From assembly GCA_951406725.2 (NCBI GenBank), contig OX597819.1, positions 111,662,001 to 111,726,000 of the forward strand: DNA of 64,000 bases. Reading direction: 5' to 3'. Positions 52,563 through 64,000 of this stretch are shown here, one piece after another (position 1 is the stretch's first letter; every line of letters begins with the position of its first letter). Both the position numbers and the translations under genes were made by a program. This DNA is from Octopus vulgaris. Taxonomy: Eukaryota. The notes beneath the pieces are model-generated. The model was not told the DNA's origin. It did not search any database and saw nothing but the letters and a program-made list of their open reading frames with translations.

Positions 52563-53428
52563 CATATATATTTTGATTCATTGAATATTTACTTGAAGTT
52601 ATATGTATATATATATATATATATATTATCCATATAAGTTCAAAATGGGTGATTACAATCAAAATAAGCAACAAGGTACTACATTACCTCTGGATATCCT
52701 TGTTAAAGGCTTACCAGAATTGATATATATATTATATATATATATATATATAAAATAGGAGTTATCCACAATAACTCTAGTGTAAAATAAGCGAAGCAAG
52801 GTACTAGATTAGTTTCCAACTGGATTTAACTACCTTGGCAGTCAATATTTTGATTTGATGCGGCATATATATATATATAATATAAGTTTTTTGTGCTAAG
52901 CCACTTGGTGTTAAATTAATGGTATTATTAAATTAATATCGATTTTTCACCCTCATTTATAATTATATATATATATATATATATATGATAGGAGTCCACA
53001 CGTGATCCGAAGAAGGCCATTACTGACCACTAAGAACACTGTGCACTCAGACAGAATTATACTTTACACATGTGGCTCTATAGGTGACTAATGAGCCAAG
53101 CTCTCGATAAAATTAAACTTCCGTAGATATTGCAGACAAAACTTCCCCCATTCACTACACTGCGATGGGTTTTCAAGCAGAGCGCCTGAAATTCAGTAAG
53201 AAAAATGTGGGTTTTTAATAACTAACAACTCCTTCCTTTATGTGTTTCCTTCATTGGTGGCAATCACAAATTTGTATATGCACGTGTTTTATATACAAAT
53301 ATTCGTATTGAGATAGCATCTCTTATGAACGAAGAATTTTAATAAACAGAAATATATATCAGATCCAGATGAAAATAGTTCAGCTACGGTGGTGACAATG
53401 CTAATTGTGTATTGATACCAGTAGATAC

Positions 53429-53473
53429 TTGCTACTGACGGAGCCCAAAGAGGCAGAAATACGTATTTAGCAA
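53429..53473 (+). ncRNA. Degenerate minimal hammerhead motif in a Penelope-like remnant
   Basis: Helix I ttgcta/tagcaa; core CTGACGG; helix II gcc/ggc; GAAA then palindromic ATACGTAT. Core A9 is altered and there are extra bases around helix II. Confidence 0.5.
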
Positions 53474-53602
53474 TGCCACCACAGCTGCTGAAGGAATTTC
53501 TGTTTGTTTTTTAATATTCTATGTCTATAAAAGAGGCAATTTCAAGATTAGTACCTCAGTTTATCAGGATTTCAACGATGTATCTGCATTCATTATAATA
53601 CA

Positions 53603-53643
<41 letters not shown>

Positions 53644-53794
53644 GGAGAGATACATTAGTAGGTAGTGTCCGTTAGTCTTGCAGAGTATGGAGAGTGAGTG
53701 CGGAGGACGAATAGCCACTTCTCAAAAGACTGTGATCTGTCCTCCACCTGAATATCAGTAACAGTGTTTTATATATGTGTGTGTGTATACATAC

Positions 53795-53844
<50 letters not shown>

Positions 53845-53872
53845 CATGCAGACAGAGAGACAGATAAACAGA

Positions 53873-53924
<52 letters not shown>

Positions 53925-54001
53925 TGGATAGATACACATATACGTATGTATATATATGTACATATGTATGTATATATATTATATATATGCAAATGTACGT
54001 A

Positions 54002-54053
<52 letters not shown>

Positions 54054-54088
54054 AATAAACACTCTTTCACTCGTCATACACACATGTG

Positions 54089-54122
<34 letters not shown>

Positions 54123-54711
54123 TACATACATACATACATACTTAAATACATACATACATACATACATACATACATACATACAGTTATATTTGAAGGACAA
54201 GAGAATGTGAGTGTGTGTATATGTTTGTTTCTTTTTGTCTTCCCATTTCCCAACTCATCGCTATCTTTCATGTCTCTCCCTTTTCTCTCTCTCTCCCTCT
54301 CTACCTTTTTCTTTCTCTCTCCTCTCCCCACCTTCTCTCTCTCCATCTAAAACATTCTGGACCCTTCTAGAGCGCATACATAGGCACAGAAACACAGACA
54401 CCACACACGTGTTCATATCTGTAAATACATGGTTCTATGTACATACATGCATACATACATACATACATACATACATAAATACATAAATACATAGATACAT
54501 ACAAACATACATACATACATCACGACGTTTTCCACCCCTTTTTCACACTTTGTCCCCGCATTATATTTATTTCGCCTAATATCCCCTCTCAGACCCCGTC
54601 CCTCCACCATAATAATAGGAAGTCTACTTAATATGATTGGGATCATCAGTCTAGCTTTATCCCATTAGTTTGGGGTTAATCTGCCAGATTTCTCACTGTT
54701 TCTCACCAGTC

Positions 54712-54765
54712 TGTGACATGCCGTGACGTGACGTATTCAATGTAACTCGTTCTGTGACGTCATTA
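54712..54765. promoter_or_regulatory. CRE cluster (candidate enhancer)
   Basis: Full TGACGTCA at 54755-54762 plus two tandem TGACG half sites at 54724-54733, in unique sequence. Confidence 0.45.
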
Positions 54766-55126
54766 TCTCATAATTCACAGCTTTACTCACGCGCTCTTCA
54801 ATTTTTCACCCAATATGTCCGACTCACGTCCAGTCTCTATTCAATTCGTACTAACAGAACATTTGTTGTTAATAACCTGGTGGTGGTTTTCGTTGATGAT
54901 GACGCTGCTGCTGCTGCTGCTGTTGTTGTTGCTGGTGGTGGTGTTGGTGGTAGTTTTGGTGATGGTGTTGTTGGTGGTGGTGTTGGTGGTGGTAGTGGTG
55001 ATGATGGTGGTAGTGGCGATGGTGGTGGTAACGGTAGTTGTGTTTATCATTCATCCATATCCATATACAACACATACACTCTCATCTTTGTTTGCTTTTC
55101 TATCTCTGCATCTATTCATTTGCCAG

Positions 55127-55222
<96 letters not shown>

Positions 55223-55238
55223 GCTATCTATCTGTCTG

Positions 55239-55347
<109 letters not shown>

Positions 55348-55358
55348 CAAGTTATTTA

Positions 55359-56332
55359 TATCATGTTTAGCAAAAAGTAAGCAACGTTTTGAACCATGAA
55401 GAATTTGTACTGGAGTTCTGTAGTTTTTAATTTTTTTAAACATTTTTTTTCAATTGTCTGATAATACAGACATAGACTTGCTTATATGCATCAATAAATT
55501 AACATTGATATTTTTTCCACCGTTGTTACAATCATCTGAAATGGAACTCTCAAAGCGCGATATTCGAACAATTTTGCTATTCAACATCAAAAAAGGACGT
55601 AAAGCAGTTGAAACTGCACGCGATATCAATGAAATGTCTGGGGAGGAAATGACCAGTGAGTGGTCAGCTCGAAAACGGTTTAAATGATTTCGCAGTGGAG
55701 ATCTGAGCCGGGCAGATCGTGAGCGTAGTAGACGCCCATCTGTCATCGACAACGGTCAATTAAAGACCGCCGTTGAGAAAAATCCACGTAAAACCACTCG
55801 AGAACTGGCAAGTTAGCCAGAAAACTGCCTGCAACCATTTGCTTGTGATGGGAAAATCAAAAGAGCTCGACAAATTGGTACCATACGATTTGAATGAAAT
55901 TCAGAAAATACGCAGATATGAAATTTGCTCGTCGCTTCTTCTCTGTAACCACACCGATCCATTTCTCCACCGTATTGTAACTTGCGATGAAAAGTGGATT
56001 CTGAACAATAATAAAGAAAGCGTTTTTCGCAGTGATTGGACCAAAATGAGGAACCGAAAACCTTCCCTAAACCCGAGCTCTTCAAAATGAAGGTTATGGT
56101 GACCTGTTAGTGGTGTACTGCTGAACTCAACCACTATAACATCCTAAAACCCAGTAAAACCATTACTGCAGAAACATATTGCCATGAAATTGCCAAAATG
56201 AGTGAAAAACTGCTAGGAAGTTCTTCCCCACCCAGCTTATTCCTCATACCTTTCTCCTACAGATTATCACTTTTTCAAGCACCTTGATAGTTTCCTGCGA
56301 GAGAAGGGGTTCAAAAATCAAAGCGATGCAAC
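55359..56332 (+). mobile_element. mariner (DD34D, Hsmar1/cecropia-like) transposon, degenerate
   Basis: MELSKRDIRTILLFNIKKGRKAVETARDIN...FK*FRSGD; FLHRIVTCDEKWIL; HPAYSSYLSPTDYHFFKHLDSFL; stops and frameshifts. Confidence 0.93.
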
Positions 56333-56334
56333 CT

Positions 56335-56640
56335 TCTCTTGTTGGGATCACTAACACTATTATCTCCCGTTTATTCAACCTCTTATTTTTATTATTATCT
56401 CCCTTCCTTTTAAACACTTTTTTTTCCCAATAATTTGCCATGCTTGATCCCTGAAAGCTACAAGTTTTCTTTTCATTCTTTCTCTGTTCATTTTCTTTTA
56501 TTCTTTTCTGTTGAAGAGCATAGGCTCAAAACGTAAAAGACTTCTATTTTCCTGAGCATCAAACTAATACACTTGCTTGTTCATACACTTTTCTTCGTCT
56601 ATAAATTTCAGCTACATGTATATAAATTTCAACTATAAAT
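56335..56640 (+). mobile_element. Penelope-like 3' end with hammerhead-like motif (56502-56540)
   Basis: tctttt-CTGTTGA-A-GAGC(atag)GCTC-AAAA-CG-TA-aaaga; helix I tcttt/aaaga; related to 7784-7820 and 60405-60430. Confidence 0.65.
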
Positions 56641-57572
56641 TTATATATACATACATACATGATACATACATACATACATACATACATACATACATACATA
56701 CATACATACATACATACATACATACATACACGCATACACACGCACACACACACACATTCCACAAATGACGTGTAGACATACCAACTGATCCAATGTTCGA
56801 TCCGTTTTGAAAGCCCTGTTTATCAATTACACAACTAGAACCTTAAACTACACCCACGAGAGCCCAGCAATCTCATCATCACCTCAACATCACCTCAGTT
56901 TCTGCGTAGTCCCTAAAACTTACTAATAATAGAAACCAGAAACGCTAACACGCCGGGCGGTGGTATTAGAAGCGGCGATGGTAATGGTGGATGGTGTTGA
57001 TGGTGTGACTAGTGCAGCTATTGTTAGCGCTTATTCAAAGGAATACCGACTATGACCATCTCGTCCTTTCTAGAGGCCACATCCGTCTTTCTAAGGCCAC
57101 ATTATCTAACGTGTCCATCTTTTCATTTAAAAGAGTATGGTAAAGAACTGGTGGAGATTTAGCTGATATTTCTAACAGATCGGTCGGCCACAAAGATGTT
57201 CACTATAGTATTCGTTGTTGTTGTTGTTGTTAATGTTGTTGTCAGTTGTAATGGTGGTGGTGGTGGTGGTGGTGGTTGTGGTGGTGGTGGCGGTGGTGGT
57301 GGTGGTGGTGGTGGTTGTAATAGTGGTGGTCGGTGTTGCTGCGGAGGCTACGGGACTGGTGATGAGCATATCCGGGATTGTGTCCGCTGTGGCTATTGTA
57401 TTACAATGTAGTGGAGATGGATGTAGTGGCGGAGATGGTGGTGGTGGTGGTGGTGGTGGTGGTGGTGGTGCTGCTGGTACAGTGCTGCTGTTGCTACTGC
57501 CGCTGGTGCTGGTGGGTTTAGAGGTCATCGTCGTTGTCGTCGTGATGGCGGAGGTGGTTGTGCTGATTGAGG

Positions 57573-57607
<35 letters not shown>

Positions 57608-58092
57608 CACGACGAGAATAGCGACGGCAGTGACGAGGATAGCGACGGCAGTGACGAGGTTGACGATGCTGATGACGAGAACGAGGATGGGGGAGGGGTA
57701 AAAAAGGACGAAATAGAAGAAGAAGAAGAAGAAGAAGAAGAAGAAGAAGAAAAAGAAGAAGAAGAAGAAGAAGAACAACAACAACAACAACAACAACAGC
57801 AACAGCAACAACAACAATGAGGAGGAGGAGGAGGAAGAGGGGAGGAAGGGGAGAATAACGGGGGAAGAAGCAGAAGGAAGAGAGTACGGGGCGACGACGA
57901 CGACGTCGAGGAGGGGGGAGGAGGAGATGGAGGAGGAGGAGAAGGAGAAGGAGGAGGAGGAATTAGTGGAAATAACGGTGTTGGAACGTATGAAAAAGTG
58001 CGTGATTGATATTTATCTTTTCGCTAGATTGTGACGGTGCGGTGACGCGAAGGTCTACATGTATGTATACATGTGCATATGAGTGTGCATGC

Positions 58093-58125
<33 letters not shown>

Positions 58126-58856
58126 GTTATGCATATGTGTATGGGAAGGGTGGAGAGAAGAGGTGGTGGTAGGAGGGGATTGTATGTGGCAAACGAGGTT
58201 TGTTTGTGGGTTGGTGTCCTTGGTTGTGGCCGTGAGTTGCGGTTTGTGCGCCGACGTGACGTGTGGGAGTGTCAGATGGGTGTGAAGCCACACAGGACGT
58301 GCCACTGGCTGAAATATCGGTGCCACTGGTTTGTCAGTAATCAACAGCTTACAATCAGTAAATCCCATTTGTACACAAACACACACACACACCACACATA
58401 CACACACGCACATACATACACATACACACATACACACACACAGAAGCAAATATAGACACATATATAAACAAAGAAACTCACACACACACACACAAACGTA
58501 CACACACGTACACAACAATCTCACACACAGACAAACGTACATAAAAAAGACTTGCAAGTACACACAAACGCATGCGCACTCATAAACATAAATGTAGGCC
58601 TATGTTTTTTCATGTGTGTGTGTGTGTATGTATGTGTGTGTGTGTGTGTATACGCATACACATATATATGTATATGTTCATATATATAATATGTTTGTGT
58701 ATATGTGTGTGTGTCTGTATATATATATATATCCTTAAGCAAAGAGAGAGGGAGAGAGAGAAGGAAAGAGAGAACCTTACACATGAATACACATGTGCAC
58801 ATGCATACACACACTCATACATTCATGCTTACACACAGACAGATAGACAGACGGAC

Positions 58857-58859
<3 letters not shown>

Positions 58860-58927
<68 letters not shown>

Positions 58928-58968
58928 CAGAGAGAGAGACACAGAGAGAGAGACAGAGAGAGAGAGAC

Positions 58969-59038
<70 letters not shown>

Positions 59039-59605
59039 TGAAAGAGAGAAACTGAAACGTACTCATTTACATATGGAGGATCTTGGACAGACACACACAC
59101 ACGAACTCAAACTCAAAACATTCGTCCGTCCATCGTTCCATTGGTCCATCACTCCATTCAGTCATACATACATACATACATCTATACATACATACATGCA
59201 TACATACACTCATGCATACACACACACATGCATACACACATACATTCATGCATACACACACATGCATACACACATACATTCATGCATACACACACACATA
59301 CATACATACATACATACAAGCATACATACATACATACATACATGCATACATACATACATACATACATGCATGCATACATACATACATTCATGCATACACA
59401 CACACATACATACATACATACATACATGCATACATACATACATACATACATACATGCATACATATACACATACATACATACATACATACATACATTCATG
59501 CATACATACATACATTCATGCATACACACACACATAAATACATACATACATGCATACATACATACATACATACATACATACTACATACATACATACATAC
59601 ATACA

Positions 59606-59639
<34 letters not shown>

Positions 59640-59680
59640 CATGCATGCATGCATACATACATACATACATACATGTATAC

Positions 59681-59711
<31 letters not shown>

Positions 59712-59809
59712 CATACATACATACATACAAACATACATACATACATACATACATACATACATACATACATACATACATACATACATACATACATACATAC
59801 ATACATACA

Positions 59810-59841
<32 letters not shown>

Positions 59842-60205
59842 CACATACATACATACATATACACATACATACATACATACATACATACATACATACATAC
59901 ATACATACATACATACATACATACATACATACATAACTACATATATACATAACTACATACATACATACATACATACATACATACATACATACATACATAC
60001 ATACATACATACATACATACATACATGCATACATACATGCATACATACATACACACATACATACACACATTCATTCATGCATACATACACACATACATAC
60101 ATACAAGCATACACACACATACATGCATACATACATACATACATACATACATACATACATACATACATACATACATACATACATACATACATGCATACAT
60201 ACATA
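58860..60205. repeat. (GATA)n, (GAAA)n and about 1 kb of (TACA)n microsatellite
   Basis: Direct reading; source of the 390-aa and 289-aa pseudo-ORFs. Confidence 0.97.
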
Positions 60206-60214
60206 AATATATAT

Positions 60215-60510
60215 ACCTACAGATGTTTGTCAAGAGGAAACAGCTGGGATTTACCCAAACTACCTTCAAAATATATATGTATATTGATATATATATATAC
60301 AGTCATTTCGTAATGTTAACCTGTTAATCCCAGCACAATTTTTTAATACTCCGTTTCTTACCCCTCTTTCTCTATCTCCATATTTTTTTTTTCTACTCTC
60401 AACCCTTTCTGTGGAAGAGCGTAGGCCCCATTCTTGCCGAGTTTCGAACTAATATACTTGCTTGTTGCTCTCTCACCTGTGTTTGTGTTTTGATCTCTGT
60501 ACATTCGAAC
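60215..60510 (+). mobile_element. Penelope-like 3' end, deleted
   Basis: tttctgtggaagagcgtaggc...aactaatatacttgcttgtt matches 56505-56580. Confidence 0.6.
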
Positions 60511-60516
60511 CATATA

Positions 60517-60595
<79 letters not shown>

Positions 60596-60669
60596 CAGAG
60601 AGGGAGGGAGGGAGAGACAGACAGACACAGAAAGAGACTTATAATGGTTTAAAATACAATTATAATTAA

Positions 60670-61746
60670 GCGAATAGAAGAGACCATGACTACGCTAAAA
60701 GTAGGTGCTAAATCGTCAAATCACTTTAAAATGATCACTTTTGTAGTACACAATGTGTTGAAACCGAGGGAGTAGGCTCACAGGAATTCATAAAATGGTT
60801 AGCCTTGGATTGATCAATTTGTGGGTTAGGCCAATAACTTTTCCTCGTCAGCAAGGCATACTAAGGGAAATAAATGAGATATTTTATACATACCTACAGA
60901 AAAGCAAACGCAAAGCTGATATACTATTATAAATCTCTATATATGAATTCACCTTAATAGGGCTATGTGAAGGCCCATGGCTCAGTGATTAGAGCGTCGA
61001 GCTTACGATCGTGAGGTTGTGAGTTTGATTCCCGGACCGGGCTGCTTGTTGTGTTCTTGAGCAAGGCACTTTACTTCACGTTGCTCCAGTTAACTCAACT
61101 GTAGAAATTAGTTGCGACATCACTGGTGCCAAGCTGTATCGGCCATTGCCTTTCCCTTTGATAACATCAGTGGTGTGGAGAGGGGAGGCCGATATGCATG
61201 GGTGACTGCTGGCCTTCCATAAATAACCTTTCCCGGACTTGTGCCTAGGAGGGTAACTTTCTAGGTGCAATCCCATGGTCATTCATGACCGAAGAGGGTC
61301 TCCCCCAATAGGTCTACATTATATGCTGGTAACTGATAAATTTTTTAACGGTTTTATCCTTTATTATTATAACTGAATAATTTCCATTCATTTCGGGTCA
61401 GCCTAGTCACTTCTGTACTACTCTGACCATATAGACACGTGCTGAGGTAGACTGCGAAATTCGAAACGGATGTATTTGTGGTATTTGTATGTAACAGTAG
61501 CTTTGCCTTTCCTTTCCTGTGAGTATGTGTAAATATCTCATTTATTTCCCTAAGCATGCCTTGCTGATGTGGAAACGTTATTCAACTAATCTGATCAAAA
61601 ACTGATCAATCCAAGGCTATTTTATGAATTTCTGTGAGCCTGTTCCTCCGATTTCAACACGTTGTGTTCTATAAAAGTGATAATTTTAAAGCGGTCTGAC
61701 GATTTAGCGTCTACTTTCAGTATAGGCAGTGCCTCTTCTATTACCC
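60670..61746. mobile_element. Long-TIR (about 250 bp) foldback/MITE interrupted by a SINE
   Basis: About 60670-60925 is a diverged reverse complement of 61497-61746 (e.g. agccttggattgatca / tgatcaatccaaggct; agggaaataaatgagatattt / aaatatctcatttatttccct). Confidence 0.85.
60969..61305 (+). mobile_element. SINE-D (CORE-like), full length
   Basis: A box tggctcagtga, B box gagtttgattccc, core ttcttgagcaaggcactttacttcacgttgctccag; degenerate TSD aatagggctat / aataggtctac. Confidence 0.85.
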
Positions 61747-62429
61747 GACATACATTCTGTTGTGAATTTGGGCAGGAGTGGTTTAACACTGAAGATACCA
61801 AACTCGAAGAAAGTAAAGGTTAATTAGCCTAATAATCAAGTAGTTTGGGGTTCACCATCACTATCGAAACAGTGAACCTTTAACGGACCTATCTATTCAC
61901 TCAGCTGCAAGTAAATACTGCAGCGTTAAAAGGATTTATTCATTGCAGCAGTACCACCGTAAAGTTGTCAGGTGTTTTGTCAGATTCATTGAGACGAGTT
62001 CAATTCTGAAAAAGGACTGAGCAATCTTTCGTTTTATGTACATATAATAGTAGAGGTCAAAGTGAAAGTAAAACAACCGCCAGAATGTTAAGCTGCAGTC
62101 TTAATTTCATATAAACATTCCTCGTATTTAATCTTTTTCGAAAATGATGCCAAGTAAATTCTTGTACGTAAGTTGAAAATAAAGTGTTTGAAATGCCATA
62201 TTAGGCATCCTATTTACTTTTCAAACGTCATGTCTCTTTTGTTGTGTTCTTATGTAACGTTGCTTCGTTTGGATCTATGAAACGAAGATTGTGGTTCACT
62301 ACGTAATGGTTTGGTATTTACTTTCCTGCCACTTTGTTCACAGCCATTATACGTATATAAAACGAAAAAATCGCTGAAACTTAGATCTCATCAATATCTT
62401 AAACGAATATTAAAATGGATGGCTTTAGT

Positions 62430-62735
62430 ATGCCAAAATAGAAAAATACAGACCTCAAGGATATCAAAATAGAAGAAAAGATATCAAAGAAGTTATCAAT
62501 CATATCAAAATAGAACCCTTCAGGATATGAAAATAGAAATTGTTGATCTCAACGAAATCAAAACACCGAAGAAATATTAAAATAAATATCGGAAAAAAGG
62601 TTATCGAAATACACAACTCAAGGATATCAAGTTGAAAAGAAATAAATAAATCAAGGATATCGAAATAGCAAAAGAAATCAAGTCAGATATTTCAATGATA
62701 TCAAAATAGCAGAAATGGATTTGAAAGGATATCAT
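62430..62735. repeat. Degenerate AT-rich minisatellite (aaggatatcaaaatagaa-like unit)
   Basis: atatc(a/g)aaatag recurs about ten times with variable spacers. Confidence 0.75.
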
Positions 62736-63269
62736 ATTTTTTAAAAATTACAACACGTGCAATTGGAGCTAACGGCAAATTCAAACTACTTTGTCACATA
62801 CATTTTTGGAAGTTGGAAAATGTGAATAACTCATTATACATTAAGAGAATACATTGTACGCAATAACAATGTTACTACAAGCAACTCTGTAGCCTGTGTT
62901 ATGTCACTGATGTCTATGCTAAATTAGGAATTGAATAGCAATTCTACGCTTCTACGACACCACCTCCATCACAATTACCGTCACATGAAGATATATTTCG
63001 CACAGGGGCATCAGATGAGGAGGCATTACAAAGACAGTTTACAATATTTGTGGTAGGTAGGGCTGCACAAAAAGATGAAGTGAAGAAAAGGAAAGTAGAG
63101 GAATATGAGATTTTAAAAAGTACACAGTGTATAAAAACATTTGAACACAAGAATGATGCAATCTTCCTGATAGAGGCACCAGCTGGGGCCAACCAAGGGA
63201 ACCAACAAATCCAGAATCACCTATCATTTGCCTGCTGTACCTTTTCCTAGTCTCAGTTTGGCCAAACTG

Positions 63270-63760
63270 GAGTCTGCTTTTCCGCTTCCTGTGGGAGACG
63301 CGTTCCAATGGTCAAGCAATCCGTCTGCTCCCAGCACAATCTGAAAAGCAGACTCGGCATGCCGTGGCTCTTGATATAACGTACTGAAGTTGGATCACCT
63401 GAAGATTTTCCTGAACGTTGACGAAGAGTGATCTCCATGTGTAAGACACGCCGTCCCGCAGCTCATCATTTTGATGAAGTTGCAATTCTGGAGCAAGAGA
63501 AGATTACTGTTCAGCATTCGACACCTGGAATGTCATCAGACATTCACTTACCTGTTTGTTCCAATTTACAGATGCATGTCCGGACTAGTTCCATTCTCTC
63601 TAACCGTTTTTACCACTGTTCTCCGCCTTTTGACCAACTGGGAGCAAACACTTTTCCCTTCACCTTCACTTTCCTTTCTCAGGAGAACATGAAAAAGTCG
63701 ATATTCATATTGACGAATTAGCATTGTTCCAAAGCGAATAGGGCACCGATATTAAAACTC
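63270..63760 (-). mobile_element. Possible degenerate Merlin/IS1595-like transposase N-terminus
   Basis: Minus remnants VRENG...ELQLHQNDELRDG.SYTW...LQVIQLQY...DHWN resemble the Merlin pattern (L......DG..W...IL.L.Y...DW.N); judged by eye only. Confidence 0.3.
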
Positions 63761-64000
63761 TCTTTAATTTTTGTTAGGTTTAGTTTTCAAAATAGGTTTA
63801 TTAATGTATTTCTAGTTTATCAATACTTAGGGCGTGTTAGATGACATTTTATACCAAATTTGTTTATTACTTGAACCGAAAAATATATTTGGTGAATTCA
63901 AACAGATGATTTTAACTTCATAGATAATTAATTGCAGCTTATTAATATCATAAATTTTATTAGATACAAGTGTAATTACTGGATTTACATTAAACAAGAT

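Noticed and set aside
55454-56090. SETMAR-like host gene
   Set aside because: Only a stop- and frameshift-ridden mariner transposase; no SET domain.
57215-57820. Val-rich then acidic/poly-Gln ORF
   Set aside because: Concatenated trinucleotide repeats; no evidence of coding constraint.
59083-60313. Longest ORFs (390 aa and 289 aa)
   Set aside because: Pure (TACA)n translations (YIHT repeats); open only because the repeat lacks stops.
62430-62735. Repeat-spacer pattern resembling CRISPR
   Set aside because: Degenerate short repeats with irregular, related spacers and no cas genes; a minisatellite or subterminal repeat.

Overview
Eukaryotic, AT-rich, extremely microsatellite-rich DNA with no recognisable host protein-coding gene. 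Nearly every ORF in the supplied track is a translation of simple repeats. The repeat content (several tRNA-derived SINE families, Penelope-like elements, RTE, CR1/L2-group, Tx1/L1-like and R4/Dong-like LINE ends, Tc1/mariner, hAT and pogo MITEs) is most consistent with a coleoid cephalopod such as Octopus; this is an inference from family recognition, not a search. The window looks like a gene desert or a large intron. Most interesting: (1) three R4/Dong-like 3' ends, all embedded in (TACA)n tracts in the same orientation and all with a stop at the same codon; (2) two apparent SINE-LINE shared 3' tails and one SINE head carrying three different tails; (3) several minimal hammerhead-ribozyme motifs in Penelope-like ends; (4) short unique islands between microsatellite tracts that carry strong CTCF, DR1, CRE, ETS and homeodomain motifs. 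SINE labels A-D are my own working names. Boundaries of degenerate elements are approximate.
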